A model generated the notes under the pieces. It was given only the letters and a program-made list of their open reading frames with translations. It made no database searches and was not told the origin of the DNA. From Candidatus Rifleibacteriota bacterium (GTDB lineage: Bacteria; Muiribacteriota; Ozemobacteria; Ozemobacterales; Ozemobacteraceae), in NCBI GenBank assembly GCA_018818125.1, contig JAHISQ010000101.1, forward strand, positions 14,977-78,976: DNA of 64,000 nucleotides, in the 5' to 3' direction. Shown here one piece after another: positions 1-7,480 of the stretch. Positions within the stretch are counted from its first letter, which is position 1, and every line of letters starts with the position of its first letter. A program made the position numbers and the translations under genes.

Positions 1-533
1 ATCAAGACCAGATAGTCAACACCTGTTACGGCTTTCTTCATAACCGTTCGGATGCCGAAGATGCTTCTCAGGAAGTCTTTCTCAAGGCCTGGAAAGCCAT
101 ACCCACATTCCGGGGTGAATGCAAGCTATCGACCTGGTTGTATCGGATCGCTACTCGCACCTCATTGGATATCCTGCGTAAGCGAAAGCGAGATCAACGC
201 TGGAATTGGGTTCTCGGGTTGGTAGGATTAAACAAATTACCGGCCGTCACACCCAGCGAAAAAGACCCTCTCGTCGTCATCGAACAACGCGAACGGGCAA
301 AAATTTTGATGAAAGCAATCGACAATCTCCCTGAGACACAGCGCACAGCCTACACCTTGGCAAACTTTGAAAATCTGCAGGGAAAAGAAATTGCAGAGAT
401 TATGGAAACATCAGTTACCGCAGTCGAGTCGTTGCTATTCAGATCTCGAAAAGGTCTGCGAGAGCATTTGCAGAGCTATTATCAGAAAGACACCACCCCC
501 GGATGCCCGGAAGAAAATACTAAGAAGGAGTAA
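1..533 (+). CDS. ECF-type sigma-70 family RNA polymerase sigma factor (5-prime truncated at window edge, reading frame 3)
   Basis: Translation from nt 3: ...FLKAWKAIPTFRGECKLSTWLYRIATRTSLDILRKRKRD (sigma-70 region 2) and LPETQRTAYTLANFENLQGKEIAEIMETSVTAVESLLFRSRKGL (region 4 HTH); stop at 533. Confidence 0.8.
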   Translation, partial: QDQIVNTCYGFLHNRSDAEDASQEVFLKAWKAIPTFRGECKLSTWLYRIATRTSLDILRKRKRDQRWNWVLGLVGLNKLPAVTPSEKDPLVVIEQRERAKILMKAIDNLPETQRTAYTLANFENLQGKEIAEIMETSVTAVESLLFRSRKGLREHLQSYYQKDTTPGCPEENTKKE

Positions 534-540
534 GGCAATC

Positions 541-876
541 ATGGATGTAAAACAAATGAATAAAGAAGTTGACGCGACCTTGGCCAGTCTGGATAAAGTT
601 CGCCCTTGCCAGGCCTCCGAATCTTTTGCGCAACGGGTTCTGACTTCGGCCACCATCTCCGCTAAGGAAAAAAGCCAGACGGGCTGGCAACCCAACCTTG
701 CGATTGCCATGGCCGTCATGCTCATTTTTCTTAACGGAGCGGCTCTGACCTGGACCTGGAAAAATCAGACAACTAAGACCCGAAGCAAAATTCTTCGAGA
801 AATAGCCCTTGAAGGGCATGAGACAACACTATCCTTTTTTCCGGCCAAAGCGGATGAAAGATCTGGAGGTTTTTAA
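541..876 (+). CDS. putative anti-sigma factor (single-pass membrane protein)
   Basis: ATG at 541 is 8 nt after AGGAG (529-533); 111 aa with one hydrophobic TM segment (LAIAMAVMLIFLNGAALTW); sits immediately downstream of the ECF sigma gene, the usual sigma/anti-sigma arrangement. Confidence 0.5.
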   Translation: MDVKQMNKEVDATLASLDKVRPCQASESFAQRVLTSATISAKEKSQTGWQPNLAIAMAVMLIFLNGAALTWTWKNQTTKTRSKILREIALEGHETTLSFFPAKADERSGGF

Positions 877-878
877 TC

Positions 879-1358
879 ATGGAAAAAACGAAAAAACTGA
901 GCTTGGTGATGATAATCCTTGGCCTCATGAATATTGCTCTGCTAAGTATTCTGATGTGGCCACACATGCTCCCTTTCATCTCAAACCCACGAGATCAGAA
1001 CATTACACGTGAGGCAGATTTTTACATAGAGAAACAGCTTAAGATGTCACCAGATCAGATTGCCCTATTTGAGGAAGCCCGTCATAACGTCCGGATCGGC
1101 ACGAATAAACTTCGCGATCAAACTCGGCAAGTCCGGAAAAGCTTGATCATGAGTATTTTCGATGATCCTGTCGATCCAGCTAAGGTCAGTCGAATGCTTG
1201 ACGAACTGGCTTCCTGCTCGCGGGTTCTGGAAGAAATTTCTTATAAACACCTTTTGGAAGTCCGCGGATTCTGCAATCAAGAACAAAAAGTTCGATTAAA
1301 AGCTTTAATGGTGGATGTATTCAAGGAGTCCGAAAATTGTTCGCCCGAAGATTCTTAA
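879..1358 (+). CDS. Spy/CpxP-like periplasmic LTXXQ-motif protein (periplasmic stress/metal sensor family)
   Basis: Starts 2 nt after the anti-sigma stop; N-terminal signal anchor; two LTXXQ-like motifs (MSPDQIALF and CNQEQKVRL) as in Spy/CpxP/CnrX; third gene of the ECF triad. Confidence 0.5.
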   Translation: MEKTKKLSLVMIILGLMNIALLSILMWPHMLPFISNPRDQNITREADFYIEKQLKMSPDQIALFEEARHNVRIGTNKLRDQTRQVRKSLIMSIFDDPVDPAKVSRMLDELASCSRVLEEISYKHLLEVRGFCNQEQKVRLKALMVDVFKESENCSPEDS

Positions 1359-1375
1359 TTTGATTGTCACCTGCG

Positions 1376-1577
1376 CCTATAGCATTTCAAAGTAAAGCAT
1401 ACCCACAATCTTTATGGCTATTTGATCTGTCATTGCGAGGAGCAAAGCAATTTGCCCAAGGATGGGCTTATGCAGTTGCGCCACAGGATAGTCGCGCAAC
1501 CTGCCTTGGCAATCTCAGCTAATGGGTTATTACAAGTGCCTCTTTTAGACATGTTTCAATTTTGAAATGCTATAGAA
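1376..1577. repeat. about 200-bp element bounded by a perfect 15-bp terminal inverted repeat (MITE-like element or structured RNA)
   Basis: CTATAGCATTTCAAA at 1378-1392 and its exact reverse complement TTTGAAATGCTATAG at 1561-1575; arms extend imperfectly to about 25 bp; interior holds further hairpins (GTTGCGC..GCGCAAC at about 1477-1502); lies in the intergenic gap before the efflux operon. Confidence 0.35.
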
Positions 1578-1623
1578 CTATCACCGCAAGGCTTCTTTAT
1601 CGAAACAATTCACACTTGGAGTT

Positions 1624-3012
1624 ATGACTATGAAAACAAATTTGAAGATACTCTTTATTTTTCTGATTATTGCCGGAGTTGGAATTTCCTTTGCACAGTT
1701 TCAGAAAGTCGCAGAGAAAGATAAGTCTGACTCTGCACAAACAGAAAGCAAACTGGTTACGCTAGGATCTCTCCAAACAACGGTTACTGGCACGGGGCAG
1801 GTCATACCAAATCTATCCGTGGAAGTGAAATGCAAAGCCAGTGGTACGATCCTGAAACTTCCGTTTGAAGAAAGCGATGCAGTAAAAAAAGGCGATCTGC
1901 TTATGGAGCTGGATCCAAGAGACGAAGAAAACAACGTCAGACAGGCAGAAGTAAGTCTGGATGCCACAGTTAGTCGTCTGGCCCAGGCTGAGCAGAGTCT
2001 CGCAATCGCCATTCGCAACATTGTAATCATAAGCAACCGCGCCCAGACAGAATTAAAAAAAGCCAAGGAACAAGCTCAAAATTCGAGCAAAAAAGCAGCT
2101 CGCCTGAAAACGCTCCTGGGGAAAAAAATCATCAGTCAGGAAGACTATGATGATGCACAAACGCTTGCGATCATAGCTGAATGCAGTGAGGAGGATGCCC
2201 GGCTCGAATTGGCTAATATTGAGCTCGAAAAATTGAGCCTGGAGCAGAAACGCCAGGATGTCCAAATTTCGAAAACTGAAGTTGAATCACGAAAAATAGA
2301 TCTTTCAATTGCTCGTCGGAGGCTACAGGAAACCAGCATCACAGCTCCTATGGACGGCATAGTTTCGACACGCGACGTGCAGATAGGACAAATCGTTTCC
2401 TCAGGAATCAGCAACGTGGGTGGCGGCACAACAATCCTCACCCTGATAGATCTTTCACGGATTTTTGTGTATGCCTATATCGACGAGAGCTCGATCGGCC
2501 AACTTCGCAATGGTCAGAATGCCAAGATTAGCGTGGATGCCTTTCCGGGCCAGGAGTTTGACGGCAAAGTGGTTCGCATTTCGCCAGAAGGGCGCAATTC
2601 CTCGAATGTGGTCACTTTCGAAACCAAGATAGAAGTAACAGATACCCGTAAAAGCATACTCAAACCACAGATGACCGCCAGTGTTGATATTCTGGTGGAG
2701 GAACGGGAAAAATGTCTGTCCTTACCCTCTGAGGCACTTTTCCGCAAAGGGGCTCAACTCTTCGTTCGGTTGATAAACAAAGACGGCACGACCTCTGAAA
2801 AACTGGTCGAGACAGGAATCAGCGATGGATTGGTAACCGAGATCAAAAGCGGTCTGCAAGAGGGCGACCGGGTTGAAATTAATCAGCAGACGGCATTGAG
2901 CAAATGGAAACAGACCAGCACGCAGGAATCTACCCAAGATACCCAGGGCCCCCAAGGGCCCCAAGGGCCCCAAGCTCCCCAAGCTTCGGCAATGCCCATG
3001 AAAGGCAGATAA
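1624..3012 (+). CDS. HlyD/MacA-family efflux periplasmic adaptor (membrane fusion protein)
   Basis: N-terminal TM anchor, long coiled-coil region, beta-barrel/MP domain motifs (ITAPMDGIVS, AKISVDAFPGQEFDGKVVRISP); alternative in-frame ATG at 1630 has better RBS spacing; C-terminus carries a QGPQGPQGPQAPQA repeat. Confidence 0.85.
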   Translation: MTMKTNLKILFIFLIIAGVGISFAQFQKVAEKDKSDSAQTESKLVTLGSLQTTVTGTGQVIPNLSVEVKCKASGTILKLPFEESDAVKKGDLLMELDPRDEENNVRQAEVSLDATVSRLAQAEQSLAIAIRNIVIISNRAQTELKKAKEQAQNSSKKAARLKTLLGKKIISQEDYDDAQTLAIIAECSEEDARLELANIELEKLSLEQKRQDVQISKTEVESRKIDLSIARRRLQETSITAPMDGIVSTRDVQIGQIVSSGISNVGGGTTILTLIDLSRIFVYAYIDESSIGQLRNGQNAKISVDAFPGQEFDGKVVRISPEGRNSSNVVTFETKIEVTDTRKSILKPQMTASVDILVEEREKCLSLPSEALFRKGAQLFVRLINKDGTTSEKLVETGISDGLVTEIKSGLQEGDRVEINQQTALSKWKQTSTQESTQDTQGPQGPQGPQAPQASAMPMKGR

Positions 3013-3013
3013 C

Positions 3014-3694
3014 ATGGTACAGCTAGAAGAAATTCGCAAAACGTTTCCCATGGAAGCAGGCCCTGTTTATGCTCTGCGAGGCGTTAATCTCCACATTAAG
3101 CGTGGCGAGATGGTTGCTATCACAGGTTCCTCCGGCAGCGGCAAGACGACTCTGATGAATATTCTTGGCTGTCTTTCAAGTCCGGATTCAGGAACTTACC
3201 GCCTGGCAGGAGAAGAAGTGTCAAACCTTTCGCAGCAGCAGCTGGCAACAATTCGTAGTCGCCGCATCGGTTTCGTCTTCCAGACCTTCAATCTTCTTCC
3301 TCGACTTAATGCCTTGCAGAATGTCGAATTGCCGCTGCTATATGCGCGGGCAACCGCAGGGGCCATAGACCGAGCTCGGCATGCTCTGGAGCGCGTCGGG
3401 TTGGCAGATCGGGTAGAACATTTTCCGAATCAGCTTTCTGGCGGCCAATGCCAGCGAGTTGCCATCGCCCGAGCCCTGGTAAACGAGCCAAGTATAATTC
3501 TCGCCGACGAACCTACAGGTGCCGTCGATAGTGTAACCAGCCAGGATATCATGAAGCTTTTTCACAGTCTGCATGCCGAGGGGCGAACTATCATAATCGT
3601 CACGCACGACCAGGGGGTTGCCGCACAATGTGAGCGACAGATTGTTCTAAAAGACGGCACTGTAACAATTCCTGGCAAAGGAGGAAATTCCTGA
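3014..3694 (+). CDS. ABC transporter ATP-binding protein (MacB/LolD-type)
   Basis: Walker [11 protein letters not shown]-loop, ABC signature [15 protein letters not shown], Walker [13 protein letters not shown]-loop VTHD. Confidence 0.9.
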   Translation: MVQLEEIRKTFPMEAGPVYALRGVNLHIKRGEMVAITGSSGSGKTTLMNILGCLSSPDSGTYRLAGEEVSNLSQQQLATIRSRRIGFVFQTFNLLPRLNALQNVELPLLYARATAGAIDRARHALERVGLADRVEHFPNQLSGGQCQRVAIARALVNEPSIILADEPTGAVDSVTSQDIMKLFHSLHAEGRTIIIVTHDQGVAAQCERQIVLKDGTVTIPGKGGNS

Positions 3695-4899
3695 TGTTAT
3701 TTTGGACTACAGTTCGAGTGGCACTTCAAAGCTTATATTCCAGTGGACTTCGGTCCTTTTTGGCCATGCTCGGTATTATTATCGGGGTGGGAGCCGTCAT
3801 TTCAATGTTGGCAGTGGGAGCGGGAGCCCAGATGGAAGTCACTCAAAAAGTATCGAATATGGGCACAAATCTGTTGAGCGTTCGGCCAACCAGATCACGC
3901 AGTCAAGGTGCGGCAGGTGCAGCAAGACAAAATTTGACTCTGGAAGATGCTCAGTCTCTTCTCGCAATTCCCCAAATCGCCGAAGTAGCACCAATAGTTA
4001 GAGATCAGGGCCAGATAAAATACTATGAACAGAATGCGCCAGCCAGCATTATCGGCACTGCCGTGACCTATTTCTCAACTCGCAGTCTGCAGACAGAACG
4101 CGGCCGCATTTTCACTGAGTTTGAAACAGAAAAATCAATGCGAGTGGTTGTTATCGGCTCTACCCTCGCAACAGAACTTTTCGACACAACCGACCCTCTG
4201 GGAGAAAATATTCGAATCAACGGCGAAGATTTCCGAGTCATCGGAATTCTGAAAGCCAAGGGCGACCGGGATCGAGATAACCCGGACCAGGCTGTGATCG
4301 TTCCCTATACGGTGGCTATGAAGAAAATGATGGGAGCTACCCGCATTCAGGACATTGATGTTCGAGGGGCAGAAAACTGTGACATGACCGCGATTCAGAA
4401 TGATATAACACTAATGCTCCGCAAGCAACATAACTTGTTACCTGATACCGACAATGACTTTCAGGTATTTAACCAGGCTGAGCTCCTTGAGACTGCCTCC
4501 GAAGTTTCTCGAACGTTCACCGTGCTTCTCGGTAGTATCGCAGGAATTTCCATGGTGGTTGGGGGAATCGGTATCATGAACATGATGCTATTGACCGTCT
4601 CCGAGCGAACCCGGGAAATCGGCGTAAGAAAAGCAATTGGCGGACAGAACAAGGATATTCTCTTACAATTTTTGCTTGAGTCAATTTTAATCAGCTGTCT
4701 TGGAGGTGTGCTTGGAATTGTCTTCGGGTGCGGTGTAGCCGTTGCCATTGAGAATTTTGCCGGCTATCCTACTGTTCTCGAAATGAATAGTATCCTGTTC
4801 GCTCTGATAATTTCCACAGCAGTCGGCATATTTTTTGGTTTCTACCCCGCCTGGCGTGCCGCCCAGCTCGATCCGATAGAAGCTCTGCGCTGGGAATAG
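3694..4899 (+). CDS. ABC transporter permease, FtsX/MacB family
   Basis: N-terminal TM helix, large periplasmic domain, then three C-terminal TM helices (FtsX fold); ATGA overlap with the upstream ATPase gene. Confidence 0.85.
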   Translation: MLFWTTVRVALQSLYSSGLRSFLAMLGIIIGVGAVISMLAVGAGAQMEVTQKVSNMGTNLLSVRPTRSRSQGAAGAARQNLTLEDAQSLLAIPQIAEVAPIVRDQGQIKYYEQNAPASIIGTAVTYFSTRSLQTERGRIFTEFETEKSMRVVVIGSTLATELFDTTDPLGENIRINGEDFRVIGILKAKGDRDRDNPDQAVIVPYTVAMKKMMGATRIQDIDVRGAENCDMTAIQNDITLMLRKQHNLLPDTDNDFQVFNQAELLETASEVSRTFTVLLGSIAGISMVVGGIGIMNMMLLTVSERTREIGVRKAIGGQNKDILLQFLLESILISCLGGVLGIVFGCGVAVAIENFAGYPTVLEMNSILFALIISTAVGIFFGFYPAWRAAQLDPIEALRWE

Positions 4900-5017
4900 C
4901 AATTTTCCAATACCACAACTCAGTTAGCCGCTGGTAGCAAACTTGCCTACTGGTTCATTGAAGCACTCTTCCATCTGGGAAGATGACAATGACTATTCTA
5001 TATACCCGGAGAAAAAA

Positions 5018-6355
5018 ATGAAACTTGTAAAACTTTGTATTGTTCTAATCTTGCTTTTCAACAGCATCGCTATTTTGGGGTCTGAGGAAACTCAGATAAA
5101 AAAGTGGAGTCTTTCCGAGTGTCTCCAATACGGGCTTGAGAATCATCCCTTGATTCGAATTTCTGAAAGTTCCATAACTTCTGAAAATGCCCTTCTTAAT
5201 CAAACTCGAGCCTATTGGGATCCTAAAGTGGATCTGCACGCGAATTGGAATCACCGAAAAACTTATACAAGCGGAGTAATTGATGATGTTGTGGACAGCA
5301 CATCCGAATCAGTTGGAGTAAACAAGGTATTGTATGATTCCGGTCAGAATCGTTTTGACGTATCTTCCGTAAAAAGTTTGATTAAATCAGCAGAATCCCG
5401 GCGCGAAAATACTCTGCTCGAAGTAGCTGCTGGAATTAAAAAAGCCTTTTATGCGGTGCAACAAGCACAGGCGCTGATTCTTGTCCAAGAGGAAACTCTG
5501 GATGGATATCAGAAGCACCTCGCAAAAGTTGAGACCTATGTTGAAGTTGGAACCAAAACCCCTTACGATATCACCAGAGCAAAAGTTGACATTGCCAATT
5601 CACAGGTTGAGCTTATTTCCGCCAAAAGCCAGCTTAAAGTGGCCAAAGCCAACCTTGCCAAAGCCATCGGGCTCGAAGCAGAACTTGATATTGCTGATTT
5701 TGAGCTTGCCGAATTGCCGCAATTTGAAGCTGTCAGAGAAGATCTGAAACAGGAAGCATTCAGTAGACCCGAATTGAAATCTGCGGGCTTTGAAATAGAT
5801 TCAGCTGATGCAAAAATCATGAGCTTAAAAAGAAGCCTCAAGCCAACTATTGCCGCTTCAGCTGATTATTCATGGAGCGGAACCAATACTCCTTTGGACA
5901 GACAATGGACTGCCGGAGTCAGCCTTAACTGGTCTCTTTTTGATGGCGCTCTTACCAGATCAAAAGTTGATGGGGCGAAAAGCCAGCTTGTCAGCGCCAG
6001 AGAGAATCTAAGAAATTTGCGATTGGCAGTTAACACTGAACTCGAGAATGCACTGACAAGCCTTAAAGACGCGCTTGAAAGACATAACGCCACCGGGGTC
6101 CTTGTTCAGCAGGCCAGCGAAAGTTTGAGTCTGGCCGAAGGCAGATATGATGCCGGTGTAGGAAACCCCATCGAAATTAATGATGCAAGAGTTGAATATG
6201 CACGAGCACGCGGTAATTTTGTGGTCGCGCATTTTGATAGCCTGATAGCTTCAGCAGAAGTTGAAAGAGTTGCAGGAAGGTTGCCTGACGAATATAAGAT
6301 TCAAGCTATGGAGCCACTTAAACCAGCCCCTGAATTGTCTTCGGGTGTAAAATAG
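5018..6355 (+). CDS. TolC-family outer membrane efflux protein
   Basis: ATG at 5018 preceded by GGAG; signal peptide MKLVKLCIVLILLFNSIAIL; two repeated alpha-helical/beta-barrel halves typical of the OEP family (TolC-like sequences such as LSECLQYGLENHP, RYDAGVGNPIEINDAR). Confidence 0.8.
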   Translation: MKLVKLCIVLILLFNSIAILGSEETQIKKWSLSECLQYGLENHPLIRISESSITSENALLNQTRAYWDPKVDLHANWNHRKTYTSGVIDDVVDSTSESVGVNKVLYDSGQNRFDVSSVKSLIKSAESRRENTLLEVAAGIKKAFYAVQQAQALILVQEETLDGYQKHLAKVETYVEVGTKTPYDITRAKVDIANSQVELISAKSQLKVAKANLAKAIGLEAELDIADFELAELPQFEAVREDLKQEAFSRPELKSAGFEIDSADAKIMSLKRSLKPTIAASADYSWSGTNTPLDRQWTAGVSLNWSLFDGALTRSKVDGAKSQLVSARENLRNLRLAVNTELENALTSLKDALERHNATGVLVQQASESLSLAEGRYDAGVGNPIEINDARVEYARARGNFVVAHFDSLIASAEVERVAGRLPDEYKIQAMEPLKPAPELSSGVK

Positions 6356-6430
6356 CCGCTGTCATTGGGCATTTTGCCGGCTATTCTACTGTTCTCGAAA
6401 TGAATAGTATCCTGGCGCGCCGCCCAGCTC
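6355..6430 (+). repeat. degenerate duplicate of the 3-prime end of the FtsX permease gene
   Basis: 6355-6414 matches 4738-4797 at about 54/60 nt (GCCG.TG.CATTG.G.ATTTTGCCGGCTAT.CTACTGTTCTCGAAATGAATAGTATCCTG); 6415-6430 matches 4852-4867 (GCGCCGCCCAGCTC) with the intervening about 55 nt deleted. Confidence 0.6.
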
Positions 6431-6459
6431 AAAACAGATTTTCGAAAAGGAGCCTCATT

Positions 6460-7080
6460 ATGAAAAAAATCGCTCTATATATCTTTTTCAGCCTTGTAGT
6501 CGCAGTCCTGGCCATAGGGGCTCAGACTCTGCTGGAAAAACCGGTTCGACAGGCGCTCTCCCCGCTGGAAGAGCAATCTGTCTCGTCGCCAGCTTCCGGA
6601 AAAGCATTCGTCCTTCTCAGTCCGGAAGTTTCGAACGGGGGACAACTTCCCAAGGATTTCACTGGTGACGGAACCGGTTCCACCCTCCCGCTCGAATGGA
6701 GCGGAGCCCCGGAAGGAACCAGAAGCTTCGCGGTCATCATGCATCATGTGGCGCCTGATAAGACCAAATGGTATTGGACTATCTACAATATTCCGGCGGA
6801 CTCAAAAGGTCTTCCTAAAAATGTCAAAGGGATCGGCATCCTGGGCAATAACAGTGTGAACGATCGGACGGAATACGCCCCACCACACTCGAAGGGTCCC
6901 GGCGACAAAACCTACATCTATACCGTCTACGCCCTGTCCGCGCCCCCAACAATCACCGTTCCTCCCCGGGAGGTTAATCGGGATGTCCTGCTCACCGCCA
7001 TGAAGAATCTCATTCTTGACACCGCCGAAATGCGCGTTGTCTACTCACGCCCGGGGGACACTCCTCCGCCGCGGCATTAA
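6460..7080 (+). CDS. YbhB/YbcL-family phosphatidylethanolamine-binding (PEBP/Raf kinase inhibitor-like) protein, secreted
   Basis: ATG 6460 about 9 nt after AAAGGAG; signal peptide; motifs FAVIMHHVAPDK, WYWTIYNIPA, YIYTVYAL typical of the bacterial PEBP family. Confidence 0.75.
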   Translation: MKKIALYIFFSLVVAVLAIGAQTLLEKPVRQALSPLEEQSVSSPASGKAFVLLSPEVSNGGQLPKDFTGDGTGSTLPLEWSGAPEGTRSFAVIMHHVAPDKTKWYWTIYNIPADSKGLPKNVKGIGILGNNSVNDRTEYAPPHSKGPGDKTYIYTVYALSAPPTITVPPREVNRDVLLTAMKNLILDTAEMRVVYSRPGDTPPPRH

Positions 7081-7393
7081 AGGTATTCCATGTGAGCTTT
7101 ACTTTTCTTAAAATTGTCTTATCGTCATTTAAATGAAAGTTTCCAGCAGGGAATCAAAAGGACTGTTTTTTTAAATTTAACTTTGAGTCTCTGTGGTCTG
7201 CTACAGCATCTGCTCAAGATCTGACTTTTGCAGCTTAGCTTTTTCCGCCTGAAATTGCTGCATCTGAGCCCATGTAAAACTTCAGTTTCTCTGAAAAGTC
7301 AGGCCAATTCAAATATCAATAATGAATGCAAAAGCGATAACGCGTAAGGATAGACGCGGAAAATGAGGCCGTTCATGGGTCTTATTGTAATAA

Positions 7394-7458
7394 GGCTGCC
7401 TTACCGGCCCATAACTCTTATTATATCAATAATAAGAATTCGGGCAGGTAAGACAGCC
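7394..7458 (-). terminator. long imperfect hairpin downstream of the lipoprotein gene (candidate terminator)
   Basis: GGCTGCCTTACCGGCCC (7394-7410) pairs with GGGCAGGTAAGACAGCC (7442-7458), about 14/17; the loop holds the palindrome CTTATTATATCAATAATAAG; sits between convergent genes (PEBP + and lipoprotein -). Confidence 0.35.
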
Positions 7459-7480
7459 GGTTACTTGTGGACGCTATTTT

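Noticed and set aside
367-876. 169-aa ORF extending the anti-sigma gene upstream into the sigma-factor gene
   Set aside because: The upstream part is an alternative frame of the sigma factor region 4; the ATG at 541 with AGGAG spacing is the sensible start
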